A stretch of DNA of 32,626 nucleotides, from NCBI GenBank assembly GCA_964231155.1, contig CAXRKA010000033.1, forward strand, positions 1 to 32,626. The letters are read 5' to 3'. The translations under genes and the position numbers were made by a program. Each line of letters opens with the position of its first letter. The first letter of the stretch is position 1. A model generated the notes under the pieces. The model did no database searches, was not told the DNA's origin, and worked only from the letters and a program-made list of their open reading frames with translations. Source of the stretch: Alphaproteobacteria bacterium (lineage in GTDB: Bacteria > Pseudomonadota > Alphaproteobacteria > Micavibrionales > SZUA-601). Positions 15,794 to 24,383 of this stretch are shown one piece after another.

Positions 15794-16474
15794 TTATGGT
15801 AATTTTTTGATGATTTTTGCCGGGATACCACCGACCACAACATGATCAGGGAATTCACCCTTCACAACAGCGCCTGCCGCTACAACACAATGTTTTCCAA
15901 TACGTGCACCATCCAGAAACGTGGCTTTGGCCCCAATCCAACAATCATCACCGATTGCAATACCTTTTTCTGTCACACCCTGTTCTTTAATCAATGTTTT
16001 TGTATCATCAAAGACATGGTCTTGTGCATGAAAACTAACACTATGACCCATAATACAGTTTTCCCCTATGCTTACACCCCCTGAAGAGCCAATATGCGCA
16101 TAAGGTCCAATCCCTGTGTTATCACCGATCTTGAGCCCCTTTCCAACATGTGACAAATGCCCTGTTGTGATGATGTCACTGTGATGACCTAGGGAGACAT
16201 TATTCCCCAAAATAACCCCATCTTTTGATAACGCATCAATAGAACAATCACGGCCAATTTTGACGCCCGTTCCTAAAGATAGCTTTGCCTTATTACGAAT
16301 AGAGACGCGTGCCCCAATAAATACTTTTTTCTGAAAACGGATGAGACCACGCAATAGATCAATCCCATAGCGTAGAATGAGATCAAAGATTACACCATCA
16401 GGGATAGCTGGATCTGCTGTGTAATCCCTACCGCTTAATTTGATCAAGGTACCTAAAAAACCATTCTTACTCAT
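15794..16474 (-). CDS. hexapeptide-repeat (LbH) O-acetyltransferase
   Basis: Left-handed beta-helix repeats 'IGDNTGIGPYAHIGSSGGVSIGENCIMGHSVSF...IGDDCWIGAKATFLDGARIGKHCVVAAGAVV'. Confidence 0.85.
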   Translation of the reverse strand: MSKNGFLGTLIKLSGRDYTADPAIPDGVIFDLILRYGIDLLRGLIRFQKKVFIGARVSIRNKAKLSLGTGVKIGRDCSIDALSKDGVILGNNVSLGHHSDIITTGHLSHVGKGLKIGDNTGIGPYAHIGSSGGVSIGENCIMGHSVSFHAQDHVFDDTKTLIKEQGVTEKGIAIGDDCWIGAKATFLDGARIGKHCVVAAGAVVKGEFPDHVVVGGIPAKIIKKLP

Positions 16475-17639
16475 CCATCCACCAATCCATCAATGTTCGT
16501 CTAATATTTTGATTGTAGCCCTCAATCGTATAAAAAGTTTTATAACGGTCATAGCCTTTACGACCATGCTCTTCTTTCTTTTGTGGGTTATCAATATAAT
16601 AGCCAATAGCACTGGCCAACCAGCCAGGAGAACCTGTTCGTGCCTTTATGCCTGTTTCTTGATCAACCACGATAGACTTGAGCCCCCCAGACTCTGTGGC
16701 GACAACGGGTTTTGAAAGAGACATTGCTTCAATAGCAACCAAGCCAAAGGGCTCTTCGTTTTGTGTCGGAACAAGCACAATATCTGACCAAAGATAATAT
16801 TCCAGAATATTGGAATTAAAATTATGCAGCTCTACCAGCTGCCCAGTGCCTTGATTTTTAAGCGCCGCCTTTACGGCTTCAAGAAAATGTGTTTGCTGTT
16901 CAAAAACACCGCCCAATATCCTCAAGGCAATCTTCATCTCTGGATATTGTTTACGAACCAAACCAACAGCTTCAACAGCAATACGCTGGCCCTTATTTTC
17001 ACTGATACGTCCCACCACCAATAGATTGAGCTTATTCTCATCGTCTGAACGTTCGTATTTTAGGCGTGTCTCCTTATCAACTTTTTTTGATAGATCTTCA
17101 CAGCCATTGACCACCAAGGCATGATCTTTAAACCATGTAAAACAAAGACTATCCCTGACCTCTGGAGAAATAAACACAGTGCGTGAACCTGATAATCTAA
17201 AGAGCCAAGAGAACACGAGGGCTGTAAATCCTCGAACCAATTCATGCACGTGGATGACCGGTGATATTTTTGAAAACATGGCTGCAAGAATATAATCAAT
17301 CACAACAATCGTATTGATGAACACATGATCATAGTCTTTCATTCTGGCTCGTGCCTTAAAGACACAGGCAATCGCACTTGGTAATCGTCCAATATTTTTG
17401 AGTTTTAAATTGGCCTTACGTAAAACCCACATATCACCAAAAATGATATTGGTTGCAAGGTTAGTTTCACGAATTTTATCGGCAAGTGAGCTATCTTGAG
17501 GCAGATGAATCGTAATCAGAGCATCAGGGAAAGCGACTTTGATTTGCTCTACAGTTCTCAGAAAAACTTTGTCAGAACCGTAGAGTTCATAACCTTGATG
17601 CACACAGAGTATTTTTCTTTGTCTGCCTTCATGCTGCAT
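16467..17639 (-). CDS. glycosyltransferase family 4 (GT-B fold)
   Basis: C-terminal GT4 signature 'VPTQNEEPFGLVAIEAMSLSKPVVATESGGLKSIV'. It overlaps the downstream acetyltransferase gene by 8 nt. Confidence 0.85.
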   Translation of the reverse strand: MQHEGRQRKILCVHQGYELYGSDKVFLRTVEQIKVAFPDALITIHLPQDSSLADKIRETNLATNIIFGDMWVLRKANLKLKNIGRLPSAIACVFKARARMKDYDHVFINTIVVIDYILAAMFSKISPVIHVHELVRGFTALVFSWLFRLSGSRTVFISPEVRDSLCFTWFKDHALVVNGCEDLSKKVDKETRLKYERSDDENKLNLLVVGRISENKGQRIAVEAVGLVRKQYPEMKIALRILGGVFEQQTHFLEAVKAALKNQGTGQLVELHNFNSNILEYYLWSDIVLVPTQNEEPFGLVAIEAMSLSKPVVATESGGLKSIVVDQETGIKARTGSPGWLASAIGYYIDNPQKKEEHGRKGYDRYKTFYTIEGYNQNIRRTLMDWWMDE

Positions 17640-18705
17640 ATAGTTCTTTCTCAGCTAGTTTTAAGCGACGTAGAACAGCGGCCAAAAGCTGGCACTTACA
17701 ATGTATACCTCGGGCTAAGCGTGGGTATGTGTAGCCCTCTGTAAAATAATCGGTCATACCGTAATGGAGTTGATCCAGTAGATAGAAGAAATACCATTTT
17801 CTCACCACATGAATATCAACTTCAGCCGTCTCAGCAATCTCTTCCATCAACGCATCCGGATAAACCGCTTGGCCACTCACAGCTGCGGTATGTGAAACCA
17901 GATGGAACATGTCATAAAAAGGTACATGCCAGCCTGAACGTTCATAGTCAAGCAATGTGATTGCACCGCGTTGATCACGTAGACAATTCCATGTTGCCAT
18001 ATCTCCATGGACAGGCACAATACGGACCAAACCATCTGAGTTTTCAAGAGCATAAGCATGAATATAGTTATAGATCGCACGCCATAAATCCATGCGGCCA
18101 TCTTTTTCAAATAAGAGTGGCAAATCCAGTGGCATCAAGGTTTCCATACGCTTTGTACGCTCTGTTGTATTCTTAAATATATGGAGTGACATATCAAAAG
18201 CGGCTTGATAAAGCTCCTTATATGACAGAGGATCTTGACCACGGTCAATCAGGTTATAACAGATATAATTTGTACCTGTTTTGAGAACATTGGTGAGTGA
18301 GAAATGTGATGAGAAGTAATCATGCGCAAAATCACACTGCCTCTTAAGATGAGCAATATCAGATGGGTCTTTATAGACCTTCAAAAAAACATCTTCGCCA
18401 TTGAGCGTTGCGGCCCCAACAAAAAGAGCAGACTTATACCAATGCACATCCAGGAAATAGCCACCTTCAGCCGTATAGAATCCCTTACACACCTCTGCCC
18501 AAGCCTCGTTTATTTGACGATTATCTGATGGGCGTTTGGGTAATATTGCTTGGACACGTCCCATAAACTTATCTAAACACTGACGCAAAGGTGTCATAAA
18601 CTGAATATGCTTGGATAAGCGTTGATAATCACCACACACCAAATAGCGTGCAGATAACTTCACATCATAGAGTTTTTTGAGTTGTGGCGCCTTATCGGTT
18701 GTCAT
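17629..18705 (-). CDS. APH/choline-kinase-like phosphotransferase (protein-kinase-like fold)
   Basis: Brenner-type motif 'VPVHGDMATWNCL' (H.D....N) and 'LLDYERSGWHVPFYDMFHL' (compare IDWEyag...p.fDla). I place the start at ATG 18705 (AAGAGG 9 nt upstream), not the track start at 18744. Confidence 0.75.
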   Translation of the reverse strand: MTTDKAPQLKKLYDVKLSARYLVCGDYQRLSKHIQFMTPLRQCLDKFMGRVQAILPKRPSDNRQINEAWAEVCKGFYTAEGGYFLDVHWYKSALFVGAATLNGEDVFLKVYKDPSDIAHLKRQCDFAHDYFSSHFSLTNVLKTGTNYICYNLIDRGQDPLSYKELYQAAFDMSLHIFKNTTERTKRMETLMPLDLPLLFEKDGRMDLWRAIYNYIHAYALENSDGLVRIVPVHGDMATWNCLRDQRGAITLLDYERSGWHVPFYDMFHLVSHTAAVSGQAVYPDALMEEIAETAEVDIHVVRKWYFFYLLDQLHYGMTDYFTEGYTYPRLARGIHCKCQLLAAVLRRLKLAEKELYAA

Positions 18706-19921
18706 TATTGAGTGCCTCTTTATAGATAGATAAAATCCTGTCACCGATTTTTGGCCATGTCAACCGCCGCTTATACGATGTGAGCGCTTTATCAATATAT
18801 GTATGATAGCGGCCCTCTTCTACAGACTGGTAAATCGTATTAATAGCCTTTGCATAGCTCTTCGTTGTCTTTGCTGCTGATGCTGAACGTACAACGCTTA
18901 AACCACCTTTGCCAGCAACATAATCAGGGCCAGTGCCTTCAATAGTAATTGTGGGTGTGCCTTGTGACAAAGCCTCAGCAATCACCAAACCTTGCGCTTC
19001 AAAGCTTGGATAAACAAACACGTGGGCGTTCTTGTAGTAAGCCAAGAGCTCCTTCTGATCAACCCATTGAACGATTGTGCAATACTTCGAAAAGCCTGCC
19101 GCATCTATGTACTCTTCTAACGTGTCTAACAGAGGGCCTTTCCCAATAAATGTCATATGTGATGGACGGTCAGATGATTTTGTATCTTTAACGTGCTTCT
19201 GGAAGGCTTTTAGCGCAATCATTGTGCCTTTTAAGTCAACAAAACGGCCAACAAACAAACATTGAAACGTATCATGAGAAATATCTTTCTTCTCAATGGC
19301 TTTAAATGCGCTCCCTGCATAATTCTGAAAAATTAGTGGCAATTTTTTATCTTCAAATGGCCAAGCCAGATCTTCGTTGGCATAGAGGATTTGATCCGTA
19401 CGATGTATAGCAAGCTTAAGGAATGGATTAATCCAGAAACACTGTTTAGCAAACCAAAACGCAGCCTCGCGCAACCATGAAAGAACTGGTTTATAGAACA
19501 AAAACTCTTGTCCAACATAGGGGTGATGGGCAATAGGACCCCATATCAGCTTACCGTGCTCATTCTTGAGAAAATGCGGCGCCCAATCTGCATGGAAGTT
19601 AAATTGATGCACAATATCAAACTGCTGAATATTTTGTAGAGACTTAACCTTACGCCCAACGAAATACTGCCACAAATAATAGTAAAGAATTATACCACGT
19701 GATTTTTTCTTATAGAAAGATAGCTGCTCCGGCACATCAACACCAATAAGATTAACATTCTTGAAATGTGGATCTGCTTCAAGCTTTTCAATATTATTGA
19801 CTCTAGAAATCAGTGTTAGATCTTCGCACTTCTTGGCAATTTCAATGATATTGTTATAGCCGCTGCCGTCTTCAGAGCCTTTATCCTTCTCAATTTTATA
19901 AGCAATTATAAGAACTTTCAT
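18692..19921 (-). CDS. glycosyltransferase family 4 (GT-B fold)
   Basis: 'VFVYPSFEAQGLVIAEALSQGTPTITIEGTGPDYV' is an E-x7-E-type GT4 C-terminal domain. Its start overlaps the upstream stop as ATGA. Confidence 0.8.
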   Translation of the reverse strand: MKVLIIAYKIEKDKGSEDGSGYNNIIEIAKKCEDLTLISRVNNIEKLEADPHFKNVNLIGVDVPEQLSFYKKKSRGIILYYYLWQYFVGRKVKSLQNIQQFDIVHQFNFHADWAPHFLKNEHGKLIWGPIAHHPYVGQEFLFYKPVLSWLREAAFWFAKQCFWINPFLKLAIHRTDQILYANEDLAWPFEDKKLPLIFQNYAGSAFKAIEKKDISHDTFQCLFVGRFVDLKGTMIALKAFQKHVKDTKSSDRPSHMTFIGKGPLLDTLEEYIDAAGFSKYCTIVQWVDQKELLAYYKNAHVFVYPSFEAQGLVIAEALSQGTPTITIEGTGPDYVAGKGGLSVVRSASAAKTTKSYAKAINTIYQSVEEGRYHTYIDKALTSYKRRLTWPKIGDRILSIYKEALNNDNR

Positions 19922-21324
19922 GAGACCACGCGTCTTGCTTTTTCGTTATCATCTTCATTGATTAAGCTCAGTTTAGGATCAAGGCTCAAAGACTGGAATA
20001 AGACCAAAAGCGCAAATGTAATCGAGAAATTGAGACTAAACTGCGTACTGTTGAAATTATGCTGAACAAATAAAGTTAAGATTGTAATATTTAACAACGT
20101 TGAACGTAGTCCAAGGGCAGTCGACATATACCAAACACGGACATAGGCGGCCAAAAGATAAATGATAAAAGCTAACAATGAAAAAATTCCAGTACTTAAT
20201 AAAAGCGATAAATAACTACTGTGCGCCCCATAAAGAATCCCACTACCAAAATCAACACCATAACCAGCCACCATTACACCGTAACCATTACCAACCATAA
20301 AAATCTTTATTGTCATCTGTTCAAGTAGTGTAGCCCATAAAACTGTTCTATTGGTGAAAGTTAAAAGCTGCTCGACTTCTAATCCTCTTGAAATATAAGG
20401 CATAAGCTCTTCAATATTTAAAGCTCCAGAAAAGATTATTCCAGCAACGATCGCGCCCAAAAAACCAACAACACTTAAAACCAAAAGCGCTATACGATTA
20501 CCATGCAAAAATACGGCAAAAATCAAGGCAACGATAAAAGCAATAAACACGGCAAAAACAACTGTCCGCGAAAAGAGTGCAACAAATAATATTAGCATAG
20601 CAAAAACCAAAATAGAGCGCATAAATGTTTCTATCTTATTCAAAGGCAAACGCTGAATACGCTCTGGATCCGTGAAATAAATAGCGTGAATAAAGCCATA
20701 AGCATAAAAAGCCGCCAGAATATTAGGGTGAATAATACCCATACCATGCAAATAAGAACGAAAAGCGCCTAGAAATGCACCCATACCTGTTTGTGACATA
20801 ATATAAAAAGGCAGAGCTAGAGATAAGGTATAGACATAGACTAAATGCCTGAAAAAGAAGCGTCGGGCATAACGCCCTAAAAGAGCATCATATTGCACGA
20901 TAATACAAAACATAGAGACAAAAGATGACAAGGTGATGACAAGCCGGAGCAACGAGAATGACCTGTCATAGGCCATGGGTATAGAAAGGAAAGCAAAGAC
21001 AAAATACGCCAATATAGATTTGTTCTTTTTCAATGTACGAACTGCTGCTTGGGCGATTGATTTGGGCATGACAAACAACCACGAAAACGTCGCTATGATA
21101 GGCAACATCATAAACAGTGTCTTATAATAGACAAAGTAACTTGTACCGGTCATACCTGCACCTGTTCCAGCAACAAACGCCGTTCCTGTCATAAAAAACA
21201 CCAATTGGATAAATACAAGGTTCGACGCTGCCTTAATATCCAACTTGGCGTAGTCTAAAAAATCTCCTGAAAGGATGGGATATCTCAAAAATAATTTAGA
21301 CAAAACGTGTACCCCCTTGACCAT
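19918..21324 (-). CDS. polytopic membrane protein, O-antigen ligase/polymerase (Wzy-like) candidate
   Basis: 468 aa with 10 or more hydrophobic helices and a larger loop region. Its position inside a Wza/Wzc locus fits a Wzy polymerase. The start is uncertain because it overlaps the sulfotransferase gene end by 29 nt. Confidence 0.6.
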   Translation of the reverse strand: MVKGVHVLSKLFLRYPILSGDFLDYAKLDIKAASNLVFIQLVFFMTGTAFVAGTGAGMTGTSYFVYYKTLFMMLPIIATFSWLFVMPKSIAQAAVRTLKKNKSILAYFVFAFLSIPMAYDRSFSLLRLVITLSSFVSMFCIIVQYDALLGRYARRFFFRHLVYVYTLSLALPFYIMSQTGMGAFLGAFRSYLHGMGIIHPNILAAFYAYGFIHAIYFTDPERIQRLPLNKIETFMRSILVFAMLILFVALFSRTVVFAVFIAFIVALIFAVFLHGNRIALLVLSVVGFLGAIVAGIIFSGALNIEELMPYISRGLEVEQLLTFTNRTVLWATLLEQMTIKIFMVGNGYGVMVAGYGVDFGSGILYGAHSSYLSLLLSTGIFSLLAFIIYLLAAYVRVWYMSTALGLRSTLLNITILTLFVQHNFNSTQFSLNFSITFALLVLFQSLSLDPKLSLINEDDNEKARRVVS

Positions 21325-22228
21325 CCAACCCGATCAAGCCAAGTGTCTTAATAACAAAGTTCACAAGGGCTCTTTGATACATTGGCATACTCTCTTTCCA
21401 ACGCCTGTCTTCTCTAATTTCAATACGTCCTGTATCGAAACGAATAGGGTTACCTGAAACCGTTGGATGTGATGTCTTAAACTCATAGCTGTTGCCCTTG
21501 GGCTTTATAGGATTATGGCTTTTAAGTGTGGGGTTAATGAACTCAATCACCTTATTGATCTCTTGATGAGGATTGTGCGTAAGTTCAGCATAGTCAATTT
21601 CAAAAACCTCAAAGGATGGCTTAAAATAATGACCAATCCAGTCATTGATAAAGGCCCATTCCAAAGATGATGAAAGAATATTCTTCCGGCTCATCATACC
21701 GCCCTTACCTTGATCATATTTGGATTTATTCCAGCTATAAGCAACTGCGCGCGGATCACGTTTGAGGTGCAAGATTTTGACTTGCATATCAGAAAAATTA
21801 CTAAAGGCTAAGCCATGTGTAGGGATTTTAGAACTGTCGATAATCACATCTGCATTAGATACATCAAATAAACCTGAAAATACCTTGTGATAGTACTGGC
21901 CATAACGACTCAAAATACTTTCAAAACGTGTTGATTTCCTAAAAACACGTGGCCATAAAAGTTGGCGCATGCGCAATGGACATGAAAGAGCCTCTTGCTC
22001 TGCTTCTTGCCAATCACCATTGTAGAGATGCTCCACCCATTTTGTCCAAAATGGTGATTGTTTGAACTCTACACCTTCACCTGTTTTTCGGTTCTGCTCA
22101 AAACCACGTTCTTTGAGATATCGTATCTCTCCCACAGACAAAACACCCGGTAATTGAGACAAAATCATCTCCAAAAGCGTGCTACCGCAACGGCCCGTTC
22201 CAGCAATATAGACAATTGTTTTACTCAT
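21296..22228 (-). CDS. sulfotransferase family protein (PAPS-dependent)
   Basis: 5'-PSB-type loop 'IAGTGRCGSTLLEMIL' at the N-terminus (compare ..RSGSTLL of Stf0-type enzymes) and 3'-PB-like 'HLKRDPRAVAYSW'. Confidence 0.75.
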   Translation of the reverse strand: MSKTIVYIAGTGRCGSTLLEMILSQLPGVLSVGEIRYLKERGFEQNRKTGEGVEFKQSPFWTKWVEHLYNGDWQEAEQEALSCPLRMRQLLWPRVFRKSTRFESILSRYGQYYHKVFSGLFDVSNADVIIDSSKIPTHGLAFSNFSDMQVKILHLKRDPRAVAYSWNKSKYDQGKGGMMSRKNILSSSLEWAFINDWIGHYFKPSFEVFEIDYAELTHNPHQEINKVIEFINPTLKSHNPIKPKGNSYEFKTSHPTVSGNPIRFDTGRIEIREDRRWKESMPMYQRALVNFVIKTLGLIGLDGQGGTRFV

Positions 22229-23576
22229 GATAAATTCAACTTCTTACGTTTTTCCATGGTCATGAATGCCATTTGCCTAATAATATTTTGTTCAATATCA
22301 TTCACCACTTGGTCTGGTGTTTGATTGGCATCAATATCAATAAAATTATGATGAGAGAGTAGTGCCTTCAAGTCTTGATAGGCCGAAGCCTGCAAAGTTG
22401 ACTCCTCGATAGAAAGCTCTTTCTTCCGCTCATACGCAACCTCAGGTCAACATTCATAATAATCGACAACAACGGTTGAGGCAGATATTTCAAAGCAAAT
22501 TTCAAAAACTTCTCAGACTTGGGGTGTAACCGGTAACGCTTCATATCCACATACATATCAGGCATAAACCGATCATAAAGTGAGAGACGTTTTCGTGTTG
22601 TTAGACAAAAACGATCTGCCCAATAGATGATAAAGTAGAATACGATCTTAGTGATTGAGGCAACCGTATTGCGCTTACTATGTGCATGCGGATTATTTTG
22701 TACCCGGCCCTTATCTGGTGCTTTGGGTGAAATAAGAGATGGCTTAAGGTGCCGAATTTCAACCGTATCCCGATAAGCCTTAAGATGGTCATATATATCA
22801 AAGACAGCCGTTGTCTTACCGGCACCATCAACACCGTAAAAGGCAATATATTGCTTATCAGTAACAATAAATCTTTTCACATGGAAGAACGCAAAACGCA
22901 GGTTTTGCAATAACATTGAAACACCATCTTTTTGCCATGCTTGACGGAAGAAGTGCTTTCTCCACAGATTAATTTTTGTATAGACCTCTGATTTATTCCC
23001 ATCCTTAATCAGCTCACTCAACATCAAGCCATGTGTTTTACCAAAGATCTTAGTAAAGCGCTTTTCAGCTGTATCAGTCATAGAAGACACAACTTCTCTC
23101 CAATACGGCCATATTGATTTCTGCATTGTACCTGTATTGAGAAAACTATAGAAAAACGAAATAATGGTTTGATCCATAGGATGTGCAATATTGATTTGCA
23201 AACTATCCTGCTCAAATAATTGAGCTCGATCGATCACATTCTCAATAAATGAAAACTCCGCACCTGACCAACAGAGTTTTGTTCTTATTGTAAAGCGCTT
23301 GGTTTTTAGCTCATCCCGACCACGAATACCATAGACAGCAAAACTATATCCATCATAGTTACAATTAAGGTCGATAATATGAATACCATCCATATCCGAG
23401 ATATGAGATAAGAGTTTTGGGACATCTTGATTAGAAATCACAATTTGAGGCTGTGATCTTGTGGCTTCATCTAAGCGTGAATGTCGTAAAACATCGTGCA
23501 AAAAGCAATAGGCGATACCGTCTTTGACTGCACGCTGATGAAGTTCTGTTAGAAATTGGTTTAACGGCATCATCAT
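22225..23576 (-). pseudogene. unknown N-domain + thymidylate-kinase-like P-loop protein, reading frame broken at ~22444-22448
   Basis: Walker A 'FYGVDGAGKTT' (Tmk-type G.DGAGKT/ST). The track ORF ends in an implausible tail ('LRLRMSGRKSFLSRSQLCRLRPIKT'). A shifted frame instead reads 'PEVAYERKKELSIEESTLQASAYQDLKALLSHHNFIDIDANQTPDQVVNDIEQNIIRQMAFMTMEKRKKLNLS' and stops in an ATGA overlap with the sulfotransferase start. Confidence 0.7.
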
Positions 23577-23631
23577 GATGCTTTCATCCTAAAGAGATTG
23601 GTGAGGCAATAAAAGGCTTATTCTTTGACGG

Positions 23632-24372
23632 CTAATGCGCATTACGTGGGAAAAGAAGCTCACGAAATGTCAGGAAAAAGATCTTGATATCCAACCAAAG
23701 GCCCAACTCACGAACATATTGAATATCATATTCTACACGACGCGTCATATCTGCGATACGCTTTGTACGACCTCTGTGACCCATGACCTGTGCCAAACCA
23801 GTAATACCTGGACGCACAAGATGTCTGCGCCAATAATTGCTGATATGCTGTTCATAAAAATAGTTGTGATCAACCGCATGAGGGCGTGGTCCGATAAGAG
23901 ACATATCACCACGCAAGACATTAAAAAACTGTGGCAGCTCATCCAAGCTTGAGCGACGCAAAATCTTACCAATGCGTGTTACACGATTATCTGATATGCG
24001 TGCTTGTTTACCGCCAAACTTCTGCCCTAATGAATCATGACGCATGGATCTAAACTTATAAATCTTAAACATAGCCTGGCCTTTGCCATGTCTAAGCTGT
24101 GTATATAAAATTGGGGAGAATGGGGATTCAATCTTTAGAGCAATAGCAATCAATGTCATGATTGGCAAAGCAACAATAAGCAAACAAATAATAGCCAAAA
24201 CATCAAACACACGTTTTAGATGTTTGCCGTAAAAACCTCGAACTTCCAGCGTTTCTATTTCATTATTATTATTTAACTGGGCCAAAATTTGTTCATATCC
24301 AAGAATAAAAAATCTCAATATTATCTCCTGCCATAACATCAAATGCCGATTTATTATACTAAAAAATAACAT
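23632..24372 (-). CDS. polyprenyl-phosphate sugar-1-phosphate transferase (Bac_transf / WbaP-C-like priming enzyme)
   Basis: 'KRVFDVLAIICLLIVALPIM...YKFRSM...DNRVTRIGKILRRSSLDELPQFFNVLRGDMSLIGPRPHAV' is the hallmark of bacterial sugar transferases. AAGGTG lies 6 nt upstream of ATG 24372. Confidence 0.9.
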   Translation of the reverse strand: MLFFSIINRHLMLWQEIILRFFILGYEQILAQLNNNNEIETLEVRGFYGKHLKRVFDVLAIICLLIVALPIMTLIAIALKIESPFSPILYTQLRHGKGQAMFKIYKFRSMRHDSLGQKFGGKQARISDNRVTRIGKILRRSSLDELPQFFNVLRGDMSLIGPRPHAVDHNYFYEQHISNYWRRHLVRPGITGLAQVMGHRGRTKRIADMTRRVEYDIQYVRELGLWLDIKIFFLTFRELLFPRNAH

Positions 24373-24383
24373 AAATTACACCT

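Noticed and set aside
17476-17483. Exact GCCGATAA (minus strand) sigma-28 -10-like octamer
   Set aside because: It lies inside the GT4 coding sequence (codons L-A-D-K-I), and there is no TAAA at the required -35 distance.
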